Assembly (NCBI GenBank): GCA_024704765.1
Contig: JAKMXF010000012.1
Coordinates: 1-64,000 of the forward strand
DNA: 64,000 nucleotides
Direction: 5' to 3'
DNA from: Oopsacas minuta
Lineage: Eukaryota; Animalia; Porifera
Below, one piece after another: positions 10,372 through 24,448 of this stretch (positions are counted from its first letter, which is position 1; the number at the start of each line of letters is the position of its first letter). The notes beneath the pieces are model-generated. The model did no database searches. It was not told the DNA's origin and saw nothing but the letters and a program-made list of their open reading frames with translations. The translations under genes and the position numbers were made by a program.

Positions 10372-13300
10372 TCATATGTCATATCCTTCAGGTGTTAGCA
10401 ATACATACACATCTAATTCTCCTTTACCTTTACAATACACAGCGCCTTTGTGTTCTAATTTTAGCGATCTTTTAGTAAGAGCGATTTCAACTTTTTTAGT
10501 GACTTGTGTTTCACCGGTTAATCCCGTTGATTCCATTCTGCTTGCCACATTTACTGTGTCACCCCATATGTCGAAAAGTGGTTTCTCAGCGCAGATGACA
10601 CCTGCCACCACTGGGCCACTGTTTATACCTAAAAAGGTGTGATAATTTTATCTCAAATTTTGAAAATAAACCTACCTATTTTGAATTGAAAATCATTCAA
10701 AGCATTGTAAGATAATTCTTTTAACTTCTCTCTCAGAGCAAATGAAAACATAGCCATTGTGTAGATATGATAATCATTGTTTGTATCACTCTAAACGTAA
10801 ACAAATATCTCAACAACAAGATAAACAAACAAACAAACAAACAAACAAGTAACCTCTTTGAGTCCTGTAGCAGCCATGTATGTACTTCCTATTGTCTTGA
10901 TTTTCTCTACACCAGCGAACTCTGGTTTCTCCAGTAGCTAATATAATAATAGAATCATGATACGATAATTACAATAGTCTCCAACCTGGGAACGACAGCA
11001 GGGGTCTACAGGAACTAAAATTCCTCTGTAATACAGGTCTCATATATTCCCGTATACTTATACCGGTTATATTAACACCTATTACTACTCTCTAAGGGTG
11101 ATGTGTATGTATATTTATATGAACTATACCATATCAAATTCATGAAACATCTCATTTAATAATCTGATCCACTCCTTCCCTCTGTGATTAATATCATCCT
11201 CGCTGTATATACAATCAAACTCTGGGATAGAGGCAAACATCACACATGTGTTATCGTGTCTATGCGAGTATAAGTTCCCCTATAAGAGACATTCCTTTAT
11301 CACATATTGTAACTAAAGACTTGTTTCTGATTAAACAGTCCCACGGCCTCTTATTTAGGGGCCCAATGGACCCATCGGATCTCCCCTATAGGAACTGTCC
11401 CCCCCATAATACCTGACTCTCCTCTAACAAGTAATGCTCTGCTACATGACTAGGCAATATGTTGTGTAATAGATGTGTGTGATCGTCTCTAGCTTGTTGA
11501 TGTTCTTCATTCTTACAGATACTCTAGTAAACAGTTATTAGTAAACAAACAAACAAACTAACTGACAAACTAACAAACAAATAAACTAACACACAAACTA
11601 ATAAACAAGTAAACAAAGATAGAGGGTCGTTTATAAGGTGGGTGCTTAATAACTCACATGGTGTCTCCATATAAATCCTATCCTATTAGTTCTCTCTGTC
11701 TATAAATAAACAAACAAATAAACAAGTAAAACAAACATGTAATAAAGAGTACAATATACTTACAACTCTCTCAAATAGTACTAATGCTAAGAACTCTATT
11801 AATATCCAATATATTCCTCTCTCTATTAGCGGGACATAAGACTTCTCACTATATACACACATATTACATAAACAGAGTATTTGTTTGTTAGTTAGTTGGT
11901 TTGTTTGTTTACCTGTTAGTTAGTGTTAGTCTGTTTGTTTACTTGTTTTGTTTGTTTGTTTACTTGTTCGTTTACTTGTTTACAAAACTTACTCTGTACA
12001 TATACCGCCGTGTCTATAATCCCATTGATCAAAATAAACTCTACCCTGTACAGTATATAGTGTGACGTATATGATAAATCCACAGGTGTTAATAACAGCC
12101 TTATATATCCAGTTAAGACCAATGAACATAGAAGGTACAAGCATAGCTAGTACTGCATTATAGATGAAGTATTGAGGATTCTGACACTAAAAGACATGTG
12201 ATTACTCAACTTAGAGTGTTAATACGAACACCATACTTATGGATTTGACCTCTGAACACGCCCCATGAGTGAGGTTATTAAAGGTGTCAAAATCCCTAGC
12301 CTCAGTCCTGAATAAATATCCAGCACTCGTTTTTGTTATTGTTACCTTTACACAATCTGGACCAAAGATATCCTCATTGAAGTATTTGACAAAGAACGGA
12401 CACTCATTAACAACAGAGCTCAGAGATTTGTTGAAGTTACACTACAAATAAAATAATTCTAAAAATAGAACAAATGGCGCCGAGTGCCTCGATTTTCAAT
12501 TAATATTCATTGTTGTAAGCACAGATTGTAATTCAAAATTTTTGCAAGCAAATTTTTGCCAAAATTCTATGAAATATTACAAGTGGTCAAAATGTGGCTA
12601 AAGTGGCACAATATGTTAAATAAACCATCAGTGCACACCCAACGGTAATAGTCCATGTGCCTTGAAAGTTTCAGCTCTTAATTTATAATAATTTGGCTGT
12701 GTACCGTCCACACACAAAAGTAATAAAGTCATCCTTCAACACAATGGTCCGCACAGTAAAAATCAGTGCTGACACTTTTGGAGGCACTAATGAAATGTGA
12801 TATATAACCCTAATACAGATACTGCCTCAATATACTAATCCGTCGGTACAGAGCATTCATATTACTTACGAGATTATGTCTGAATGTAGAATTTTCAATT
12901 GGACAGCATGTAGCCTAAAATAAACAAACACCAAGTAAGTAAACAAATCTTTGTTTACAAATTGCCCCAGTTGTACTTACCAGATTAATTGTAGCAGATA
13001 CCATTACGATGATAATAACAACAAGAGACACTAAATATCTTACGAAAATGTTACCAACTATTCTATCCGAAAAGATAACTAAGCTGTCTTTAATCTTCTT
13101 CAAATTGAAAGGATAAATATCTACATACTATAAATACAAGTAAATAACAACAAATGATTAGTAAATAAATTTGTTGTTATTTACCTGTAACAGATATAAC
13201 CAATAGAAACAATCAAGTATTGCCATTATTATTGATCCACCAATAAAGAAATATACAGGAACTGGACTCCTAACAGATATACGTCATGATAAACAAACAA

Positions 13301-16300
13301 ACAAACAAGCAAGTAAACAAACAAATAAAGATGCAAACAAGGAAGCCAGCAAGCAAATAAGCAAATAAACAAGTAATCAACCAAACAAGCAAGTAAACAA
13401 ATGACTCACGTATGTACAATCATCTGCACAACAAAAATAGCTAAATGAACTATCCATGAAGATATAATGTAGTATTTGAACGATCTGTCTTGAACATTAT
13501 GATACTATAAGAGGATAAATAACAATAAAACAACAAACAAACAAACAAACAAACAAACAAACAAACAAACCTTCATTTCTAATCCTAAATCTTTAAAAAT
13601 AAGGAAATACGGATTCAAATCTGAGTGAGTATCTACTATACTGAAAAGAGCTCGCCTACAAACAAACAAACAAACAAACAAACAAACAATATATTTATAT
13701 AAACAACATACTTGTCCTCTTTTGTATCAGTTTGTTGTTGTTTACTTCTCCTCTTAAGAGACTCTTCTATTTGCTCTTTAATCTGTTTATCTATTGTATC
13801 CTCATTTTCTGTTTGTATAGAATCCATAGTAGCTCTCCTCTCTGTCATCCTCAAATTATTTTCCTAATACAGGAGTATAATAATATGGAACTATAGATAT
13901 AGGGGTACAAATCAGACCGATGGGACATAACTGGGACAGTTGCATATTTGTATGACACTATAAAGACACAAACCATAGTCCATTAATATGATATACTTAC
14001 TTGCTGTCCTCTAACCATATCAATTGATTGCTTGCCGAATGGAATAGCGTTAGATTTGAACCTTGATCTAGATAATCTGGGACTCCTCTAAACAAACAAA
14101 CAAACAAACAAACAAATTAACAAGCGGTTCCCCGTGGACCCCAGAGGTTGTGAACCACTGAACTAACCAACCAAACACTTACAATTCTTTGTTCCTCAGG
14201 TTTGATAAAATATGTTTGAACATTCTTTCTCTTAAGAAATAAATCTCTTTCAATTCCATTACCATTATACATCTTAAAGTCGGTCATGAGATTCCTCTTA
14301 GTAGATTCTGATATGTGTACCCATCTATTGAGATATTAGTGCTATTATATAAACACTCTATTCCACAGAGGATAGGAACTATAAAATAACACCATCGCTA
14401 TACAGTGTAACCTCCACTAACGGGGCTATTGACGCCGATAATTGCTACCCCGTTTCTGCCAAGTCCCACTTTTGTCGAGGTTCATATTTATGGCACAGGA
14501 TTGCTGTGGGACTTGAAATTCCGTTCCCACGGCAACCGGGTATGGGACTATGAATTCGCTCTATAGTTTCACTCCGTTTCTAGAAGTCCCCGTTTCCACA
14601 GCAACCATTTGTGGATGCTACACTGAATCAGGTACCTACAATGATATTCAATTGGTATTATTCCAGTGTGCTAAAAATAGAACTTACCCTGCTACGCCAC
14701 CAGACTCCATATGATTAGCTATAGTGACGTCAGTAGACCAGATATCAAATTGGAATTTCTTAGAACCTAATATTCCTGAGAACACATGACCTGAGTGTAC
14801 TCCTACTCTCATATTTAGATCTGGGGACGTGCTCCTCTGGAATCTCCTAAAATGGAGATGTGTAAACAAGTAAATAAGTAAACAAACTACATATCAACAA
14901 ACAAATATTTATACAAACATAAACACACAAACAACTCACTTGATAGTATTACACATATCTAATCCCATATTTACACAATTATCAGCATGATTAGAGATAG
15001 GACCAGGAACCCCTGACACACAGTAGTAGCAATCCCCAAGGATCTTGATACGGAGACAGTTATTTAACTAAATATAAACACAAATAAAATATACATATAT
15101 TGACAAGTTGACACCTTTATCATGGCAACAGTGTAGGTACAAAGTTATGAGAAAAGAACCAAGAGTAAAATATGATAAATTAAGAGAATTTAAAGAATTG
15201 GAACTAATAGCTAATACAGCATAGCAACTAATTCTATACAAGGAATGTGGCATGTTATAACTGGAACTAATTTACATATTGAAAGCTATCTGACCTAACA
15301 CATCCGTAATTCTGTGAGACAATAGTCTCGTGGTAGAGTTTAAGGAAATGTGATTAGTTGTAACTTTCTATTTCACCACTTAACACCTGAATAATTAATG
15401 TATGAATTTGTATAAATACAGTCTGTAAATGAGAATAATCATAAACAGAACAACAAACAAATGGCCACCCAATACTCAGAAGAAATTCCTATCAACCATT
15501 TCGAACAAGCGGAACAGAAGATCCATTCCACCTTCGAGAAGATTATTAGGATTGCGACAGAGAGGAAAGATCAGCTGCTTGTCCAGCTGTTCGATATCAA
15601 GCAGGACTATCTAAGAAAGGAGAATACAAGAAAGAAACAATTCGCAGAACTGGAGAAGATGATCAGACAATTAATGGAAACTAGCATTCAACAGAATGAC
15701 ATAGTAAAACTCCAAGAAGATCAAATAAAGAATTGGAAAAAGGAACAACAGAAATACGAAATAGAAACACCTATCCAAATCCCTTTCTTCAATACTGAGG
15801 GTCTAGACTCACTCCTAGAACAGCTGGAGAAGTTGGGGTCTATTCAGGATATAGCTGTACCCTACAGAAACAAGACTGAGCCAATCAGAAGGATAGGAAA
15901 ACCTGGAAGTGAGAAAGGAGAGCTGAATTGCCCTCTTGGACTAGCTCTAGATGGAGATAAGATCTATATAGCAGATACAAACAATAATAGAATACAGATC
16001 TTCTCTACAGAAGGTAAGTTCATTCAAGAATTTGGTAAAGGGGAGCTAGATACTCCATGGGGTATAGCATTATATAAGGAATGGGTGTTTATAAGTGATT
16101 GGGGACTTGATGCTATATTTAAATTCTCTAAAACAAATTACAAATTAATTAAAAGTGTTAAGGAAAGTGTTAATGTCCCTCTTGGTCTAACAACTGACAC
16201 AAATGGAGAAGTGTTAGTTGCAGATTATTATAATAATAGAATTGTAATATTCAGCTCTGATTTAGAATATATTAGAGAAATAGGAAAAGACAAACTTAGA

Positions 16301-19300
16301 AAACCGAATGACGTCAAAATAAATAATAATAATATATTTGTAGCAGACAATAATGAGATTAATAATATACACATATTCTCTAAATCAGGTGATTTATTGA
16401 AAAGTTTCATAACATTAGAAAAAGGAAGAGGATTCATTTTTCTGTGTTTTGATTTGTATAATAATATTATTATTAGCGATTATTTCGGAAAATCAATTAA
16501 TATATTTACTGAAGATGGACAGCTGATACACAAAATTAAATGTAATTATCCTACAGGAATTATTGTTAATAATAACTTTGATATTATTTGTGTTAGTTTG
16601 AGTGATAAAGTAATAAATATATATTAATTATATTGTTGTTATTTACTTGTTTGTTTATTATTATTAAATTATCATATTCACACTTGTTTAATATAATAAA
16701 GAACTCTTTGGGTCACTGATTAATCAAGCAAGTTAGTTACGATTACATCCACTTAATCGGGTCAAAATGTTATGTGGTCCCGTGGTGACACTATTAAGAG
16801 GTGTTAAGTCAATTCTCTGATATATTAATAACTCACCTTTGCTAATTCATCAAACTCTCCGAATAATCTATTCAAAAGTTCCACTAGCTCTTTAGCATCT
16901 ATGGAGGAGGATAGCTTCGTGAACCCACACACATCAGCAAACAATATACTATACAAATCAAACTGTAACTATGCCACAATTATGAATATCATAAGGAGTG
17001 TTATAAGTGGCAGATGAGGATAGGACATAGCAGGGGAATTGGATTGTTATGTTTACATAACTGGACCCCCTATACCAATTTCAACCCCCTCTAGTGTACT
17101 CTAATACAAATAATAAGATCCTTTCAATCACCATGGCTCCAGGCATGAAATTATGATAATCTCACCTGACAGATTCCATATGATCCACATGTAACACCTT
17201 GAAGTTAGAATTCTGTTCTGTAGCGTCTGTTATTCCAAAATTCTTATCACTCATATCATATTTAAGATAGAAGTATTTTGGCATGATTGATAGAAGCAGA
17301 TATTTCTAAAAATATATTGGAGAAATAAATCAGCTGATATGGAACATAAATGGGTACAATTGAGGGGTACATAGGTCCCAGTGCTATAAACATTTTCATA
17401 TTTATAATTTCTTTAGAAATTAATCATATTTTAACACCTTGGCGTATAATAAACAAATCACAGGGGATAGGGAGCTTTAAGCTAGGTGTCGATTCAGCAA
17501 CCATGAAGGCCGTGAAGCAAGGGCCAGTCCCAGAAATTCCTTGACAACACATGATACAGGTCCAGAATTGGACCAATGGTAACAACAACATAGTCAACTC
17601 CCATTACATCTGAGCTCAAGGTATAATGGATGTAATATTTGTTACTTTGACGGTTTGGGACAATATTTGTAGAATATAAGGGGGTAATTCTAGTTAAGAG
17701 GAATTGTCTATACTAACAATCTTCTGATATTGATTATTAATAAGAATAGAAGCCTTAGCAGAATCTCTGATAGTAAGGAATGTTCTTCTAGCTGATAGTT
17801 CATACAGAGTATTGTGATAGAATCCGTTAAGATTAGCAGCAAGTAATATGAAAAATATAGCGAATATCTCTATGTAAATCTATAGGAAATATATTAAATG
17901 GAAACTCATAATGTTAAGACAGGATTTCCAGGGATAGTAGCCAGGGTGATTATTCATATTTTAACACCCTTGGACGGGGGGGACATATATATAATCACAT
18001 ACTACATGGATCTATTCACCAACTCCCTAACGTGCTCCTGTGAAGTGTTATGTCCCAGTTTCCATGGTTACCTCATTGGTATTAGGCTACACCCCTACTA
18101 GTATCCGATGAAAATCATATTATTATTAGTTCCAATTGGAAGTAACTCACCTCCTTCTCAACATGAGGTTTAAATGATTCATAAACAATAATAATTAGTA
18201 TCATATGGAATATGGATAGAATTGTAGCTAATGAAAGTGACCAGAAGAGAGGAACAGGAATTAGAGTATACGTCATGAATATGATGAATTGTGTGAACCC
18301 TACTTCGTCATCTGGGACTCTGTACGGGTTAATCTATAAATAGAAGTGTAAATATTCAATAAGCTTCTGGTTAAGTGATTATAGGGGAGTTCGCCTATTT
18401 GATGTGTTTTGTAAGAAATGGCTGCTCATTAGATAATTAACCATGGATGGTAGATTTCGTACATTTATCTTGTATACAAATTCCCTTCCAAACAAGCTAG
18501 GACTGCCTTAGAATAATCTAGAACAATAACTTACAGAAAAGAAAGAATAGTTGATAACACATAAAATAAGCCATAACAACAGAGCATAAGCTCTCCTCCT
18601 CTTGGTAGGAGGATGTCTGTCAAATTGCCAAACTATAGCTAGTGTCACGAATATTATCAGAGAAATGCTATGTATAATCAATCTGGGTAGAGCTCCATAC
18701 TCATAGAATACGAAATCTCTCTACAAGAAAAAGTGTTAAAGTATAATAGAATAGGCGCCAAAGCTAGGAGGACAAGGACCCATGGTCACATATATATCTT
18801 GAGTGTTAATGTGATAACATAATTATCACATTTCTAAGCGATGTGTAAACAAATACACAATTATCTACAGTCAGGGGTGCATATTGAACCAAGCAAGTAC
18901 CCAATAAAATGGACAATTAGAGAGGAACCACAATATTTTGGTTCCATAGGGGTCACAATAAGCACCCCTGACTATATACATTTACCGGATGTGGAGTTAA
19001 CGGATGATCATGACCCTCTCTAAACTGTATATCACAGACAGAATTATTTGGGTGTATATTTTCCTCATAGCATATAGTAGATCGACAAGTGAAGTTATTG
19101 AATTGTTCTGTTGTGATAGGATTAGTAATTAATGTATACTAAAAATAGAATAAATAGTGTCAACAATAAAATAAACCATAATTTCCCGTTATATCTAAGC
19201 TCAAGGGACCGTGATGATTACTTCGATATAACCGACGGAATATGTGTTACTTTGACGGTTTGGGGCCTTATTTGTACAATTTATAAGCGGGTATTTGACA

Positions 19301-20513
19301 GTAGAATCAGCATAATAGAACCACCGGTTAATCGGGACAACGTGTCCTTCTCTAGATGTGACCTGAGTCTATTGTATATTTGTGTGTGATATAACAGGAG
19401 ATGACTATACCTTTTTATTGATAAAGAAGGTGATAATCTGCACAACATCCCACATAATATTTGCTAATCCTAGGAATTGAAAGTGAAAATGTGCGTCAAG
19501 ATAGAAGAACTTCCTGTATAATCTAAAAATAGAATAACTAATAAACTATCAGAGCTTTGACCACAATTAAATTCTACCTTTCTAATTGTGAGTCTTTGAA
19601 TGTGCACCACCAGGTTAACCCCGATATCCTACCATGTTTTAAAAGCATATCTGGAGCAGCTAGCGCTTCTTGTTCATCCTACAAATATGTGATAAAATAC
19701 GACACCTCACTCAGCTGGAGGAGATACTTAGTTAGGAATTTGCCAGGTATTCATACACTATATTTGTAGATTTAACCTCTGAACACGCACCCGGAGGTGA
19801 GGTTATTGAGTCAGGGGTGCTGAACTTTACTCCCTACTATATGAATATTACATATTTAACCATGGATGGAGGATATGGTGTACGTATTTATGTTCTATAA
19901 AATCCGCCATCCATGGTTAAATACTTAATAAGCATATAGTGAGACCAATTTCGTTATGACACAAAGCCAGGAGGCTCACTCAAGCCCCCTCGACACCGGC
20001 TTCAGGACCATAAAAACATTGAGAAATGAATTGAAATAAATCCGGAATAAAATTACCTAAATATGCATACAAACACAACCCATCAACCAATGAGATGTTA
20101 CCTTAGAGGGCTGCTGCTTGAGAATAACAGATGTCCTATAAGACTCGGTTAGGCTCATACTCATAACTGAAGTCCGTCTGTCTGTGATTAGAAATTGTAT
20201 ATAAACACTTTTGTATGCATATATGTATATTTTGTATACACATGTGATAATATATTTTATTGATAAGAAAATATAATTAATGAATATATGAGAATTCAAA
20301 TATACAGCAATTTGGCTACAAATACGTGTGTGGAGGTTACACTGTATGCAGTATTACAATATATGTATATTCGTGTAAAGTAACAAACTAACCTAGTCCT
20401 CTGTTAATAGCAGACATTGGTAAAGTTGGTACTGTCCCATTAGTATTAGGTCTTAGGAACAGATTGGAAGAGGACATAGCTAATCTCCCTGAAATAGGAG
20501 ACCTAGTATACAT
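10372..20513 (-). CDS. transmembrane adenylyl cyclase (class III, two catalytic domains), many exons
   Basis: C1: [64 protein letters not shown]2: [33 protein letters not shown] (adenylyl-specific Lys/Asp, catalytic Asn/Arg). Hydrophobic exons at ~17.5-18.8 kb and ~12-13.5 kb. Start inferred at 20513 or 20477. Confidence 0.92.
12241..12296. repeat. ~50-bp hairpin element family D; copies 19767-19820 (degenerate), 24524-24579, 55243-55289
   Basis: GGATTTGAC ... GTCAAATCC inverted ends around a related core (CTCTGAACACGC..GAGGTGAGGTTATTAAGAGGT). Confidence 0.7.
15461..16627 (+). CDS. NHL-repeat protein copy 2, nested antisense in adenylyl cyclase intron (~15068-16836)
   Basis: 388-aa ORF closely similar to copy 1; lies between AC exons ...FGEFDELAK and [13 protein letters not shown]. 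Confidence 0.92.
   Translation: MATQYSEEIPINHFEQAEQKIHSTFEKIIRIATERKDQLLVQLFDIKQDYLRKENTRKKQFAELEKMIRQLMETSIQQNDIVKLQEDQIKNWKKEQQKYEIETPIQIPFFNTEGLDSLLEQLEKLGSIQDIAVPYRNKTEPIRRIGKPGSEKGELNCPLGLALDGDKIYIADTNNNRIQIFSTEGKFIQEFGKGELDTPWGIALYKEWVFISDWGLDAIFKFSKTNYKLIKSVKESVNVPLGLTTDTNGEVLVADYYNNRIVIFSSDLEYIREIGKDKLRKPNDVKINNNNIFVADNNEINNIHIFSKSGDLLKSFITLEKGRGFIFLCFDLYNNIIISDYFGKSINIFTEDGQLIHKIKCNYPTGIIVNNNFDIICVSLSDKVINIY
18868..18974. mobile_element. Tc1/mariner-type MITE (~107 bp)
   Basis: TA|CAGTCAGGGGTGC ... GCACCCCTGACTA|TA: 13-bp TIR with one mismatch and TA on both sides; in an AC intron. Confidence 0.7.
19853..19925. repeat. ~70-bp hairpin element family C
   Basis: TATTTAACCATGGATGG ... 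CCATCCATGGTTAAATA 17-bp inverted repeat; related half sites (ACCATGGATG) near 8890, 18437, 21986, 31618, 34292. Confidence 0.65.
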
Positions 20514-20866
20514 AGTTAAACTGTTGCTTAGCAACCACCATTGGAATTCGAAATATTGTAACAATTAACAAGGTAACCGCGTTAATACAAATTGGAACTA
20601 TAAATTATATGAGTAGGGGATACGTTCTCCCCTTACCCCACCACCAATCCATCTACCAATAAGGGAACCACACACGCCCCCTAGGGCACGGTTCCAAACA
20701 ATTTTAACACATTCTGTGGACCACCAAGGCCCAAGGTGTCCACGGCGCCTGATCCACAAATGACAACTTGTGTCATAGTAACAGGATAAGGTAATAGGTA
20801 TTTCCTTGACAAATACTAAATTTATTGAATGAACCTGAAGAATATACTAATATGAATGTTTAATAC

Positions 20867-23303
20867 CTAACTACACTTCTTGTTGCCTAGAAACGCCTTG
20901 ATTTCTAACACCATATCTTCATCTCTCACAAACTTATCCTCACGTGTTGATATATTGCGAATTTTCACGCCGCCATTCTTCTGCTCCTCAGTTGCAATTA
21001 TAACACCTAAAGGAATAAATTCCTTTTCACAGAATTGTATCTGAGTTAATAGTTTAGAGGATTTCTTATAGAATAATTCAGCATTAATATTTTGTTCCCA
21101 AAGCTTTGCTATGCAAGAAAGTCTCTGTTCTAAGAATCCATCTTCTCCTGACATTACTAGCACCTCTGTTTCTGTTGTTCTTATCTGGAAATAACAACAA
21201 ATACGTGTGTATATATATGTTAGTTTGTTTGTTTGTTTGTTTGTTTGTGTACTCACCTTCTCTCCTTTCATCTTTTGTTCCATTATACTAAACAATCTCT
21301 CTACACCAATACTTACCCCCACACAAGGTACAGCTCTATTCTTAACATCAAACATTCCAACTAATCCATCGTATCTCCCACCAGCAGCCACGCTGCCCAC
21401 TTCATATTTGTGTCCACCAATTAGCACAGCTTCGTATATAACACCTATATAATGGAATGTCCGTCGGTTCACATAGGATACATACAGTCCACCCGTTACA
21501 TATAGAAATACCCGCTTATATCAAAGTGTGAAATTGTACATATTTGTGAGTTGATTGTACATTTGGTGGTTAATTAAACATATATTTCCCCCCCCTTTTG
21601 GGTATAATTCGAATTGAAAGATTTTGCTAGTCAGAGGAAACCGTGAGGAAAATATTTTCGAATTTACTATCCATGGTCCATAATATCTCACCTGTATAGT
21701 AATCAAGTCCTCTAGCTAAACTCATGTCAAACGTCACAAACTGACCAATCAATAGCCTCTGACAGTATGTGTACAACAGCTGTAGTTCATTTATAGCTAT
21801 CTGTGCATTCTGATTGGTAGAGAGGAGAGGATCAGTTTGTAGTTTATTGAGCAGAGAGTTATCACCTGATAGGTTAACGTATGTGCCTATTTTATCAGCT
21901 GTTTCTTGAGGTATATGTTTTTCTTTGACAAGTTCATTCCTTGAAAATGAATTATAATACGCTTTTGAGACAAAAATGTTGATTTAACCATGGATGCTGG
22001 ATTTTGTTTATCTGCTCGGATGCTGTTGTAGGTAACCGGTTCCCATCATTTTGGACCCCCTATACAAATTCTAACACATCGACTGTAATACAAATTTTGT
22101 GATTATGTGAACCGCCAAGTGTTTCCATGATCCAGGTTGAGTACAGCTGTTTAGGTTATTTGTAAATATAGTGAATGAAATATATCCAACCATGGATAAA
22201 TATCTTAAAATAATATTAGGGACCTGTCCAGCACTTACCTAACTTCCTCCCAGCTGATTTTATCCAGTTTATCAACAGAAGAACATACAGTTCTAAAATT
22301 AGCCTCACTAACCCCACTGATACTAAAAATAGCATCGAGCAATAGTCTATGATTCACTTTAATAACAAAATCTGAAAGATTCAATTCCTTGAGTATTTCT
22401 GCTACAACTCTAATACATTCTGAATCTGGTATCATAGGATCGAATTGTCCTGCGATATCAAAGTCACACTGATAGAATTCTCTATAGCGACCCTTTTGGA
22501 TGGATGGATTGTCACGTCGGTATACTTTTGCTATGTGATAGCGCTTGATCTGTTTGATACGATTCATGGCAACGTATCTAGAGGATAGGAATGTATGATA
22601 TTATTCATTATAATAGGATCAATTGAGTTGTCTAACCTTGCAAAAGGAACCGTCAAATCATATCTAAGAGAGAGTAGCTCTCCCCCTTGGTCTTGGAGGT
22701 CATATATGAGTTTAGAGTCCTCTCCATATTTTCCTGTTAGAGTATCTTTCAACTCAAATACTGGGGTGTCAATAGTAACAGCTCCGTGACGTTTGAAACA
22801 GGAAGTGATTGTACTGAACAATTGGTCCCTGACTGCCATCTGCTGAGGGTCAAAGTCTCTAGCACCCTTGGCACACTTCAGTGAGAATTGTGGTTTATCA
22901 TCTTTATCATGTTCCTTCTTTATGAGTTGTAATTTTGCTATCTCTTTATCGATCTGTTCTTGAGAAGCTCCTAAATATGATGTTTATTTGTTTGTTTGTT
23001 TGTTTGTTTGTTTGTTTGTATACTTGTATATTTGTTTGTTTGTTTATTTGTTTATTTGTTTGTATATTTGTTTATTTGTTTGTTTGTATATTTGTTTGTT
23101 TGTATATTTGTTTATTTGTCTGTTTGTATCAACATGTGTTTGTTTATTAGTTAGTGAGTTAGATTATTTATTTATTTATTTGTTTACTAAATCAAGTATA
23201 AATAATTACTAATAAACAACCCTCTAACACCTGAAGATTTTAAAGCCCGTATGACATCTCCTTGATTACGAATAAGAGCACTCACGTCTGTATTAGTAGC
23301 CAT
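20867..23303 (-). CDS. HARS1: histidyl-tRNA synthetase with N-terminal WHEP domain, multi-exon
   Basis: [22 protein letters not shown] (WHEP), [46 protein letters not shown]...[46 protein letters not shown]. Confidence 0.96.
22980..23185. repeat. (GTTT/ATTT)n degenerate microsatellite tract, representative of dozens of intronic (AAAC/GTTT)n tracts (e.g. 9805-9860, 13290-13400, 46820-47030, 54660-54765)
   Basis: Directly visible tandem 4-mers. Confidence 0.9.
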
Positions 23304-24448
23304 GTGGCACAAGTGGCTGAGGGAAGGTGTGAGATATATTAATCTTGATTGGGAATGTTGTTTATATATTAAAGGTGTATTTCTTAATAACACAAACAAG
23401 TTAAACATAAGCTAACAACCTATTTATTATTATTTATCAAAAAAGTAGTAAATAACAACAAATTCAATGTTTGTATTGTTCAATAATAAATAAAATTAGC
23501 GGGCACAGACGGTGATTTGAGATTTTTAAATAATCACATATTACATACCAGTAATCATAGCATTCTATACATGAAGTTATTCACCAACTCCCCTACGGTA
23601 TCCATGGTCCCTCGTTGTCAATCCACCTGGAATCCATGGCGAATTGAAATCAAGAATAGAAACCTTAAACTTGATATTATTAGATGTAAGCTTTTGTGAG
23701 AATTATTGATATCTCAGATAATATTGTCTTATTATTATACAGCGGGCGTTTGCATTCAAATTCCAATTCCATAATTTCGTATCTAGGAAATTCACAGAGG
23801 GAGGAGGCCACTGTCCAGAGTACTGTTAGATTGTTTCTGAGGTCTATTGGTTAAAAGGAGCCTCTCCCATAAATGAATCAAATACAGTCAGGCTTGCTTA
23901 TTATTAACCCCAGCGGACTCCAAATTTTTTGTTATAACAAACATATATTATATCATAACTAATTCTAGACATTACGGGATAAAGTCATATCGGTATTTGC
24001 AAATATTCCATCGGTTCTCTAATTCTCCCTTATTTTCTTGTAATTCCTGGGACAATCCTGGGATACCAGCTGGTAAGTATGAATGACATCGGTGCTTGTA
24101 ATATTGAGAGCTGATTACGATAATTATAAGGGCTGAATCTGTATAAACAGACGATTTGCTAAACAAACACAATTTTCATGTTTCAACGCAAGTGTTAGTT
24201 ATGCTATTACCCCCTGTATGTCTAAACACAGTCATTTCCTGTTACATCTAAGCTGAGGGGACCGGGATAACTACTCCGATATAACCGAGGGGATATTTGT
24301 TACTTTAACGGTTTGAGACCATATTTGTATAATTTCACCCTTGGATATAATCGGGTATTTCTGTATATCCGTGTTAGATATAACAGGAGTTTATTGTGCT
24401 AAATATAGAATATTATTTCAGCTGATAGCAATCACTTGCCTCGTCAAA

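Noticed and set aside
14400-14640. GC-richer AC intron segment with repeated CCCCGTTTC/GGGAC motifs
   Set aside because: Probably a transposon subterminal remnant; no termini, ORF or second copy to support a call.
15196-16687. NHL copies as classic L1-type retrocopies
   Set aside because: No poly(A) tail or target-site duplication seen, and shared sequence extends well upstream of the TATA box.
9805-23185. (GTTT)n tracts as a sense-strand splicing signal
   Set aside because: Orientation is inconsistent: GTTT on the sense strand in UAP1 and AC, but AAAC on the sense strand in HARS and parts of cortactin.
22935-23212. Short ORFs such as [11 protein letters not shown]... (also 46803-47027, 29799-30191, 11916-12140)
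   Set aside because: Translations of stop-free (GTTT)n intronic microsatellites.
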